From positions 1-44,547 of the forward strand of contig MHQR01000037.1 in NCBI GenBank assembly GCA_001820725.1: a stretch of DNA of 44,547 nt. The letters are read 5' to 3'. The position numbers and the translations under genes were made by a program. The first letter of the stretch is position 1; the number at the start of each line of letters is the position of its first letter. Source of the DNA: Candidatus Sungbacteria bacterium RIFCSPLOWO2_01_FULL_54_21 (GTDB lineage: Bacteria > Patescibacteriota > Minisyncoccia > Sungbacterales > HO2-52-23). Under the pieces are notes generated by a model, which saw only the letters and a program-made list of their open reading frames with translations, ran no database searches and was not told where the DNA came from. Of the stretch, positions 38,032 to 44,547 are shown in pieces.

Positions 38032-38333
38032 TTTGTTCTGCCAAAACACTGGAGCTGTATATACGTCTTTCGTCTATGGCAATTAGCGCAACGAATTTCG
38101 CACTTTTTCATCTCTTTCTCCAAGGCATTCCAAGAGTAATGTCCTGACAACATTTTCGAAATTGACTTGAATTTTTTCTGCGGAATGCTGTGGTCAAATT
38201 CAAGAACTATAGGATCTCTTTCTCCGCAATCAACACATGCCTTTGCAGATAAAAATGCCAACAATCTTCCCCGTATTCTGATACGGTGTCTTTTTTGGGC
38301 GGCGTAAAGGTCTTCTCGACGTTTGTAGGGCAT
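38022..38333 (-). CDS. HNH endonuclease-like protein ending inside tRNA-Arg
   Basis: 'CVDCG...LEFDH...KCEIRCANCH' zinc-finger HNH; ATG 6 nt after TATAAT. Confidence 0.8.
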   Translation of the reverse strand: MPYKRREDLYAAQKRHRIRIRGRLLAFLSAKACVDCGERDPIVLEFDHSIPQKKFKSISKMLSGHYSWNALEKEMKKCEIRCANCHRRKTYIQLQCFGRTKPS

Positions 38334-38393
38334 GTCAGGATTATATCGCACGATTCTAACCCTGTCTATGACCATATGCGTCAGAGGCGAATA

Positions 38394-39695
38394 TTATTTT
38401 CTGAAGTATTCTCTCAATTTTTCCCGCGGGACTTCTTTCTGCTCGCGGGTTCTGGCGTTTTTGATGCTCACGGTTCCTCTCTTTTGTTCCTCCTCACCGC
38501 GAATAATGACGTACGCCATTTCTTTTTTCAGCGCGTACGCAAGCTGTGCCTGAAAAGAGAGGTCATCGCCGAGATAGATGGAGCAGGGGATGCCCGAAGA
38601 ACGCACTTCCTGCGCCATTGTCAGATATTCCGCTTCGGCGTTGGGAATGAGGGCGAGAACGAGCGCTCCGGATGAGGAGCGCTCGGCTCCAGATGAGCGC
38701 GTGGTCGCGGCGGGTTTGATATCGAGCCGTTCGAGTCCCGCGATCAGGCGGTCTACGCCGAGTGATACGCCGACAGCCGGTATTTTCTGCCCGGTAAAAG
38801 ACATGACCAGGTCATCATACCTGCCGCCGCCAAAGACCGAGCCGATTTCTTGGACATCCGTGAGGATCGTCTCAAACACGGGGCCGGTGTAGTACGACAG
38901 GCCGCGCACCAGCGAGCGGTCAATGCGCCAGTAGTTCTCCTCAATGCCCATCGCGTTGAGTGCCGCGGCAATCTCGGCGAGCGTGCCGATTGTTTCCGGT
39001 GGAGAAGCAAGGAACGCCATAATTTTTTCAGTCGGCTCTTTGCCGAATTCTTTTTGTAATTCGTCGGCGATGCCAGATTTTCCGATTTTGTCCAGTTTAT
39101 CAATGATGCGCAAAGCCGCCCAGAGCTGTTCTGGAGGAAATCCGGCGAGAACGGGAAGTACCTCCAATTCTTTGCGGTCGGCGATCTTGATGATGAATTT
39201 TTCAATGCCGAGCGCGCGGAGCGTCGCATACATCACGGCAACAATTTCGGCGTCTGCAGATGGCGTGCCGGCGCCGACAATATCCGCATCCGCCTGTGTG
39301 AATTCGCGGTATCTGCCGGCCTGCTGGCGCTCGCCCCTCCACACGCGGCCGATTTCGTAGCGCTTGAAGGGACGGGGAATGTCGGGGTTGGCGGCGACAA
39401 ACCGCGCGAGCGGTACCGTGAGATCGAAACGAAGGGACGTGTCGCTGGTCTCCTCTTTGTCCTGTGATCCGCGCACGTTGAAGATAATCTTTTGCGAATC
39501 CTCCTCGCCTCCGGTCAATACTTCGGTGCGTTGCACCGCGCTCGTTTCCAACGGCTCAAAGCCGAAACTCTCAAATGTCCGGCGCGCCGTATCCAGAATC
39601 CATTGTTTTACCCGCGCATCGCGAGGCGCATAGTCGCGAAACCCGCCCGGAAGATCTGGTTTTACTCTCTCTTTCAGTGGATTGTTTTCGGTCAT
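38394..39695 (-). CDS. hisS: histidine-tRNA ligase
   Basis: 'GFRDY', 'LRFDLTVP', 'GRYREFTQ', 'RGLSYYTG', 'GGGRYD'. Confidence 0.96.
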   Translation of the reverse strand: MTENNPLKERVKPDLPGGFRDYAPRDARVKQWILDTARRTFESFGFEPLETSAVQRTEVLTGGEEDSQKIIFNVRGSQDKEETSDTSLRFDLTVPLARFVAANPDIPRPFKRYEIGRVWRGERQQAGRYREFTQADADIVGAGTPSADAEIVAVMYATLRALGIEKFIIKIADRKELEVLPVLAGFPPEQLWAALRIIDKLDKIGKSGIADELQKEFGKEPTEKIMAFLASPPETIGTLAEIAAALNAMGIEENYWRIDRSLVRGLSYYTGPVFETILTDVQEIGSVFGGGRYDDLVMSFTGQKIPAVGVSLGVDRLIAGLERLDIKPAATTRSSGAERSSSGALVLALIPNAEAEYLTMAQEVRSSGIPCSIYLGDDLSFQAQLAYALKKEMAYVIIRGEEEQKRGTVSIKNARTREQKEVPREKLREYFRK

Positions 39696-39739
39696 TGCCT
39701 GTACGTTAGCATGTAATATATACGGGTTCAATTCCGCGC

Positions 39740-39764
39740 AAAATGAAACCCCTCGTGAGAGGGG
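39740..39764 (-). terminator. attenuator terminator
   Basis: CCCCTC-TCAC-GAGGGG-TTTCATTTT. Confidence 0.8.
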
Positions 39765-39801
39765 GCTGTCTTGATGCCTTGGTAAAATCGGGAAAGAAAT
39801 T

Positions 39802-39876
39802 TCAAGACGTCAACAGAACCCTCTCACGCGAGAGGATAAGCGTATGATGATGTCTTGCTGAAAAGCGATAGGCCAT
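39802..39876 (-). CDS. His leader peptide MAYRFSARHHHTLILSRERVLLTS
   Basis: ATG 39876 to TGA 39802; CATCATCAT at 39852-39844; frame is open to another ATG at 39981. Confidence 0.75.
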   Translation of the reverse strand: MAYRFSARHHHTLILSRERVLLTS

Positions 39877-39880
39877 AACT

Positions 39881-40006
39881 TTATTTGCGCGGGCGAGAAT
39901 CTGACACAATAACGATTGTGCCAAAAATAACAATGATAGCCAATAGTCCGAGTAAAAACAAGTTAAGGGGAGTGGAGACATGAGTTTTTAGCGGCCATGC
40001 CAGCAT
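39881..40006 (-). CDS. small single-TM peptide (start uncertain)
   Basis: LFLLGLLAIIVIFGTIVIV followed by a basic tail. Confidence 0.4.
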   Translation of the reverse strand: MLAWPLKTHVSTPLNLFLLGLLAIIVIFGTIVIVSDSRPRK

Positions 40007-40033
40007 AATACGCGTATCGTCCTGACTTGTCAA
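40005..40033 (-). promoter_or_regulatory. sigma70 promoter of the hisS unit
   Basis: TTGACA (40033-40028), 17-nt spacer, TATTAT (40010-40005). Confidence 0.7.
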
Positions 40034-40052
40034 GGGAGGGAAAGGCGGTTTA

Positions 40053-40190
40053 TTGCCGAGCGAGTGAGAGAAGAGAAAACATCCGTTTTCTCTTCCGAGC
40101 GAGCGATGGCAACAAAGGGTCAATACCCCGCGCCTTGGCGCGGGGGAGGAGCCGCAACGGCGGCTTCCTCCATGGCGGGGCTTGCCCCGC
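40053..40190. other. cluster of GC-rich hairpins
   Basis: gaagagaaaac/gttttctcttc, ccccgcgcc/ggcgcgggg, ggaggagccg/cggcttcctcc, gcgggg/ccccgc. Confidence 0.55.
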
Positions 40191-40222
40191 GGTCGTAATA
40201 CCCTTTATAATGCAATCGTCAT

Positions 40223-40294
40223 GGTGCCCATAGCTTAGTGGCAAAGCACCGCCCTGTGGAGGCGGCCACGAGAGTTCAATTCTCTCTGGGCACC
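40223..40294 (+). tRNA. tRNA-His(GUG) with encoded G-1
   Basis: G-GTGCCCA/TGGGCAC-C, CCGCC-CTGTGGA-GGCGG. Confidence 0.93.
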
Positions 40295-40355
40295 CATTCA
40301 ATAATGAGATTGCCTGTGGATTGTGCGCTCGGCTGGAGCGTGCGATACTGCACCT

Positions 40356-40742
40356 ATGCCAGGGGACATCGCCAAAAAGAAAATCCTTCTGATTGAGGAT
40401 GACGTATTTATGGGCCAGCTCTTGGGGCAGGCCCTGGAGCGTGCCGGATTTGAACTTATTGCGGCAAAAACGGGCACAGAGGGCATTACTAAATTCCAGG
40501 AGGGCAAGCCCGATATTATCCTGCTCGACCTTATCCTTCCCGATCAAAACGGCTTTGACGCATTGCGTCAGATCAGGCGCGTCCCCGGCGGCGCGGAGGC
40601 CAAAGTTCTGGTGTTGTCCAACCTAGCGCGCGAATCGCAATTTGAAGAAGCAAAGCGCCTCGGCGTCGTTGACTATCTGGTAAAAGTAAATTTTTCTCTC
40701 GACGAAGTACTCGCCAAAATCAACGAAACATTGGCCAAATAA
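40356..40742 (+). CDS. single-domain response regulator receiver
   Basis: 'LIEDD', 'DIILLDLILP', 'LSN', 'YLVK'. Confidence 0.88.
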   Translation: MPGDIAKKKILLIEDDVFMGQLLGQALERAGFELIAAKTGTEGITKFQEGKPDIILLDLILPDQNGFDALRQIRRVPGGAEAKVLVLSNLARESQFEEAKRLGVVDYLVKVNFSLDEVLAKINETLAK

Positions 40743-40744
40743 AA

Positions 40745-40780
40745 TATGAAAAAGATATGCTATAGCATATCTTTTTCATA
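40745..40780. terminator. perfect 36-bp palindrome between convergent genes
   Basis: TATGAAAAAGATATGCTA|TAGCATATCTTTTTCATA. Confidence 0.7.
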
Positions 40781-40789
40781 CCTCGCCTA

Positions 40790-41899
40790 TTATTGTCCGT
40801 CGCTTCGCTCTTCTGCCGTAAGCATGAGGGTCTCTTCCTTGCCCTCGCGCAGGATTTTGATCGGCACTTTTTCTCCGATGGCTACTTTTTCCAGTACGTC
40901 CTCAATCGCGTTTTTCTCGTCAATCGCTACATTATTGAGCGAGACGATGATGTCTCCTTCGCGCAGGCCCGCGCGTTCTGCCGCGGAGCCGGGCATGATT
41001 GCCGGACGGTCGGGGACATTCTGCCCAGGGACTCCCTGTCCGGGCAGGCCTTCGCGGAGTATGAATGCGCCACGATCCACGGGCAGGCGGAAGCGTTTTT
41101 GGATGAGGTGATTGATAAGCAGGTACCGGATGCCGAGGAACGGACGCCGGATGTGTCCGTATTTTTTCAGGTCGTCCAGATCGCACCGCGCTTTGTTAAT
41201 GGGAATGGCAAAGCCGATGTTCTGCGCGCCAAAAACAATGGCCGAGTTGATGCCGATGACTTCGCCCGCGAGATTGACCAAGGGGCCGCCAGAATTGCCC
41301 GGATTGATCGCCGCATCGGTTTGAATCAGGCCGCGAAGCCGCTCGGAATGTCCCTCCATGTCGGTCATGGCGGTGATGAAGCGCGATAATCCGGACACGA
41401 TGCCGGATGATACGGTATTTTGGAATTCCCCCAGCGCCGTGCCCACCGCGAGCACAAACTGGCCAAGCTGAATGGTATCGGAGTCGCCCAAGGGAAGCGC
41501 GGGCAAATCCTGGGCTTCTATTTTGAGGATCGCAACGTCATTCATGGGGTCGCGCGCAAGCACGGTCGCCGGATACCGGTCTTCGGTGGGTGTGACGACC
41601 ATATACTCTGCCGTTGGGTCGTGCACGACGTGTTTGTTGGTGAGGATGAATCCTTCAGGGTTGATGATAAATCCCGACCCGCCGCCGATGCGAATCTTGC
41701 CGTCGGGCGTGTGAGGCAATTCATCTTCGGGCGGCGGCAAGTCCACGTGGTCGCCGTGCGGCGCCATGAGCGCATAGGGTTTTTCCCTTACGATCGCGTC
41801 ATAGTCCTTGCTCACCACGATTGAGACCACGGCGGGCATCACCCTTTTCACCGTGTTGATAATCTGCTCCTCGTATGTTGTCGCTTGCATATCTTCCAT
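40790..41899 (-). CDS. HtrA/DegP-family serine protease with one PDZ domain
   Basis: 'LTNKHVV', 'DVAILKI', 'INPGNSGGPL', C-terminal PDZ. Confidence 0.92.
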   Translation of the reverse strand: MEDMQATTYEEQIINTVKRVMPAVVSIVVSKDYDAIVREKPYALMAPHGDHVDLPPPEDELPHTPDGKIRIGGGSGFIINPEGFILTNKHVVHDPTAEYMVVTPTEDRYPATVLARDPMNDVAILKIEAQDLPALPLGDSDTIQLGQFVLAVGTALGEFQNTVSSGIVSGLSRFITAMTDMEGHSERLRGLIQTDAAINPGNSGGPLVNLAGEVIGINSAIVFGAQNIGFAIPINKARCDLDDLKKYGHIRRPFLGIRYLLINHLIQKRFRLPVDRGAFILREGLPGQGVPGQNVPDRPAIMPGSAAERAGLREGDIIVSLNNVAIDEKNAIEDVLEKVAIGEKVPIKILREGKEETLMLTAEERSDGQ

Positions 41900-41927
41900 G
41901 ATAGCATAATGAGCGGGAAATCCATAA

Positions 41928-42000
41928 GCCCTCGTAGTTCAACGGATTAGAATCGCCCCGTCCTAAGGGGTTGATGGAGGTTCGATTCCTCCCGAGGGCA
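41928..42000 (+). tRNA. tRNA-Arg(CCU)
   Basis: GCCCTCG/CGAGGGC, GCCCC-GTCCTAA-GGGGT. Confidence 0.92.
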
Positions 42001-42010
42001 TGCGAGATTA

Positions 42011-42081
42011 GGGCCTATAGCTTAGTGGTAAAGCACGCGAATGGCATTCGCGGTATCGGGGTTCGATTCCCCGTAGGTCCA
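42011..42081 (+). tRNA. tRNA-Ala(GGC)
   Basis: G3:U70 pair, CGCGA-ATGGCAT-TCGCG. Confidence 0.93.
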
Positions 42082-42546
42082 CTGTATGATACTTCGAGCC
42101 GTGAGATTGCTGATTGAGCTCGAAGATTACTGACAATTTCGCGGTTCCAAAACCTTTATCCCCACACCTATGCATAGGTGTGGGGGTTTATTTCTCGTGT
42201 ACGGAATTCCGTCGGGGAATAATAATCTTTGGAACCGCGGGCGCGTTTCGGGCCGCAGGTCAAACCATTGCCGGCCGAGATCGCGTAAAAAGGCAGTGGC
42301 GTAGGCCAAGGCGGCTTCGATATCAAACTGGTCAATCTTGCATTCGGCCATTGATATCTTTACGGCCGCCACCTGGTTGTCCATTTCCTGCTTTCGTTCA
42401 AGAAATTCTTCTTTTGTATAAGACCCGTCCTCTCGCATTTCGCAAATGCGTTTTTTCTTTCCCTCAAGCTCGGCAAGCCGAACTTCATATTGTTTCGCCT
42501 CTATTTCAAATTTTGCTTTATTTTCCATTTTCATATTCATGCTCAT
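42082..42546 (-). pseudogene. C-terminal remnant of a large serine recombinase, frameshifted by a 32-bp insertion
   Basis: Coiled coil and 'FQRLLFPDGIPY'; removing the insertion restores 'GFGTAKLS' reading into tRNA-Ala; no catalytic domain. Confidence 0.65.
42159..42186. mobile_element. 28-bp palindromic insertion with TTTA duplication
   Basis: ttta-TCCCCACACCTATGCATAGGTGTGGGGG-ttta. Confidence 0.75.
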
Positions 42547-42606
42547 TTTTCGGCTATTTTCGGATATAATCCGATATAGCCGTTATATTCGATTATGGCC
42601 TGTTGA

Positions 42607-42675
42607 CCCCGTTAGAGAACGCCCTCGCAAGGCGAGTGGCTTCAGCCACCTTGGGGCGGCTTTTCTCTAACGGGG
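42607..42675. mobile_element. 69-bp MITE-like structured element
   Basis: 13-bp TIR CCCCGTTAGAGAA/TTCTCTAACGGGG, internal hairpins, flanks TTGA/CTGA. Confidence 0.65.
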
Positions 42676-42696
42676 CTGACTCTTTAAATACTATCG

Positions 42697-42725
42697 TATA
42701 CAATTGTATATAGTTAACTATATAC
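42697..42725. promoter_or_regulatory. overlapping palindromes (putative operator) over a TACAAT -10 box
   Basis: TATACAATTGTATA (42697-42710) and GTATATAGTTAACTATATAC (42706-42725). Confidence 0.5.
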
Positions 42726-42731
42726 GGTCAA

Positions 42732-43021
42732 CCCCCACACCTAATTTGCTTATGTTTTACACCTACCTAATCAAAAGTAAAAAGGATGGTGAGCTGTATA
42801 TTGGCTCTACCGATAATTTACGAAGGAGATTTCAGGAACACAACAAAGGGCTGAATCGCTCTACAAAATACAGAATTCCGTTTGAGCTTGTCTATTATGA
42901 GGCATATAAATCAGAAAAAGACGCAAGAGATAGAGAGCATAACTTAAAGTTGAGAACGAATGCATTGAATCAATTAAAGCGAATAATCACTAAAAGCCTC
43001 AAAGCAAATTAGGTGTGGGGG
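42732..43021. mobile_element. 290-bp element with 20-bp perfect TIRs carrying a GIY-YIG gene, TCAA duplication
   Basis: tcaa-CCCCCACACCTAATTTGCTT...AAGCAAATTAGGTGTGGGGG-tcaa. Confidence 0.78.
42752..43012 (+). CDS. standalone GIY-YIG nuclease (86 aa)
   Basis: 'YTYLIKS...LYIGST.NLRRRFQEHN...ARDRE'. Confidence 0.9.
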   Translation: MFYTYLIKSKKDGELYIGSTDNLRRRFQEHNKGLNRSTKYRIPFELVYYEAYKSEKDARDREHNLKLRTNALNQLKRIITKSLKAN

Positions 43022-43038
43022 TCAAGTACCATCAAATT

Positions 43039-44097
43039 ATGGCAGAAAATCGTTTCAACAAAAGAATAAAGTTCACGACGGAGATTTTAAGCAAGATTGC
43101 TAAGATTGACGAGTTTAAGGGTCTCTGGCAAGGAAGCCTGCGGCTAAGCCCGCAGATTTTGGGGCGCCTGAAGGCCTCGGTCATTATCACAAGCACGGGC
43201 GCGTCCACCCGTATTGAGGGCGCAAGAATGAGCGATGAAGAAGTCGCGCGTCTTTTGCGTGGGCTGAAATCAAAACCGCCAAAAGGAAGAGATGAGGAAG
43301 AAAATGCCGGCTACGCTGACCTCTTGGGTAGAATTTTTGACAACTGGAAAACGCTTAAACTTTCAGAAAACCAGATTTATCAGCTCCACAGCATTTTGCT
43401 GAATTTCGTAGAAAAAGACCAGAATCACAAAGGCAAATACAAAGCGACCGACAACGCGGTAACGATAAAAAACGAAAAAGGCGAAACGGTGGTTTTGTTT
43501 AGGCCAACCGCTTCATATCTTGTAAAGCCGGAAATGGAACAGATTTTGGCTTGGACAAACGAGGAGCTGGAGAAAAAAGAACCCCACCCATTGCTTGTCA
43601 TCGCAAACTTTATCTTTGAGTTTTTGGCTATTCACCCATTCCAAGATGGCAATGGACGGCTTTCTCGCGCGCTCACAAACCTTCTTCTTTTGAAAACCAG
43701 CTATTCATATGTGCCGTATGTTTCTATGGAAGAAATCATTGAGGAGCGAAGAACGGATTACTATCTTGCCCTTCGGGCAACTCAAAAAACTCACAAAACC
43801 GACTACGAAGATATTGCGGCATGGGTGAGTTTCTTTTTGGATGTTTTGATTGAACAGGCAAATCGGGCAAAGAAAATTATGGAAGCTGATCAGCCGGAGA
43901 AACTGCTTTCCGAAAAACAACTGGAAATTTATAAGTTGTTCGATACCAAAGACACTCTTGGTGTTTCGGAAATAGATAAAACTCTTGAGGGAAGAATACC
44001 CCAAGTAACCATAAAACAAGCACTCTCGCGCTTGGTCGTATTAAGATTGCTCGAAAGAATCGGTTTAGGACGCGGCACGCGATACAAGAAATTATAA
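43039..44097 (+). CDS. Fic-family protein with C-terminal wHTH
   Basis: 'HPFQDGNGRLSR' Fic motif; inhibitory 'STRIEG'; 'GLGRGTRY'. Confidence 0.92.
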   Translation: MAENRFNKRIKFTTEILSKIAKIDEFKGLWQGSLRLSPQILGRLKASVIITSTGASTRIEGARMSDEEVARLLRGLKSKPPKGRDEEENAGYADLLGRIFDNWKTLKLSENQIYQLHSILLNFVEKDQNHKGKYKATDNAVTIKNEKGETVVLFRPTASYLVKPEMEQILAWTNEELEKKEPHPLLVIANFIFEFLAIHPFQDGNGRLSRALTNLLLLKTSYSYVPYVSMEEIIEERRTDYYLALRATQKTHKTDYEDIAAWVSFFLDVLIEQANRAKKIMEADQPEKLLSEKQLEIYKLFDTKDTLGVSEIDKTLEGRIPQVTIKQALSRLVVLRLLERIGLGRGTRYKKL

Positions 44098-44123
44098 GTC
44101 AAAGCCAAAGATGAAATATGAAA

Positions 44124-44547
44124 ATGAACTCCGATTTAACATTTATCACAAACGAAGAGAATAAGCAGCTCAAGCAAAGAATTGCCGAGCTTATTAAGAG
44201 TAGCAAGGAATTAAGGTTTCTTGTCGGCTTTTTCTATTTTTCCGGCATAGACGAATTATACGAAGCGTTAAAAAGCAACCCCTCGTTTCAGATGGATGTT
44301 TTAGTTGGGCTTAACACCGACAAAACTATTCACGGCCTAATTGAGTATCCGGACCCCAACACAAATATCACAGATAGGGAGAGGGTGGAAAAGTTCTTTG
44401 ATTCAATTGCAAAATCAATAAACTCCGATGAATTTGACACGAGGGAGTTTTACGAACGAGTGAAGTTTTACTTGGAACTTATAAAATCCGGAAAATTAAG
44501 AATTCGTAAAACCCTAAAGCCGCATCACGACAAACTTTATATTTTTA
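44124..44547 (+). CDS. partial PLD-like nuclease N-terminus, probably of a restriction-associated helicase (runs off window)
   Basis: Open frame MNSDLTFITNE...'LVGFFYFSG'...'HDKLYIF' HxK motif. Confidence 0.7.
   Translation, partial: MNSDLTFITNEENKQLKQRIAELIKSSKELRFLVGFFYFSGIDELYEALKSNPSFQMDVLVGLNTDKTIHGLIEYPDPNTNITDRERVEKFFDSIAKSINSDEFDTREFYERVKFYLELIKSGKLRIRKTLKPHHDKLYIF

Larger units (their letters stand above)
39740..39876 (-). promoter_or_regulatory. histidine-sensing transcription attenuator
   Basis: Leader with 3 tandem CAT codons, mutually exclusive 1:2, 2:3 and 3:4 helices, U-rich tail. Confidence 0.8.

Noticed and set aside
38655-38705. Short duplicated linker in hisS (RSSGAERSSSGA), and PGQGVPGQNVP in HtrA
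   Set aside because: In-frame micro-duplications in variable loops; probably neutral.
39740-39900. T-box riboswitch upstream of hisS
   Set aside because: No UGGN-ACC T-box bulge; the leader-peptide model explains the helices.
37960-42000. Inverted tRNA-Arg paralogs as an invertible segment
   Set aside because: Identity is limited to short stems and there is no intact recombinase.
1-44547. CRISPR array, rRNA, DDE transposase or reverse transcriptase
   Set aside because: No regularly spaced repeats with spacers and no corresponding motifs seen.

Overview
Window from a small-genome bacterium, by inference Patescibacteria/CPR (Parcubacteria-like). The evidence is the type IV pilus (T4P) gene order with no secretin in the window, an ATP-dependent DNA ligase, TrmB, orphan receiver domains and CCA-less tRNA genes. 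It holds two T4P/competence clusters: comF-pilMNO...pilB-pilin-receiver-pilT-pilC-pilin-pilD-minor pilins, and pilC2-minor pilins-pilMNO2. Each is interrupted by an MNT/HEPN toxin-antitoxin pair. Housekeeping genes are lig, gatCA, pyrH, tmk, hisS, an HtrA-like protease and a DD-carboxypeptidase, plus 8 tRNA genes. There are two AT-rich tRNA-anchored defence islands: LexA/MTase/REase/Clp-like protease at tRNA-Ser, and a recombinase remnant/GIY-YIG/Fic/PLD-helicase at tRNA-Ala. Most notable unannotated signals: (1) a family of CCCC...GGGG palindromic insertions with 4-bp TT(G/T)A duplications, one carrying only a GIY-YIG gene and one empty copy frameshifting a recombinase; (2) a His-His-His leader-peptide attenuator upstream of hisS; (3) two unrelated endonuclease-like ORFs whose stop codons lie inside the downstream tRNA gene; (4) hairpins in or just before prepilin leader peptides; (5) five intergenic DnaA boxes and a pervasive leaderless promoter layout. 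All family assignments come from motifs recognised by eye, with no database search.
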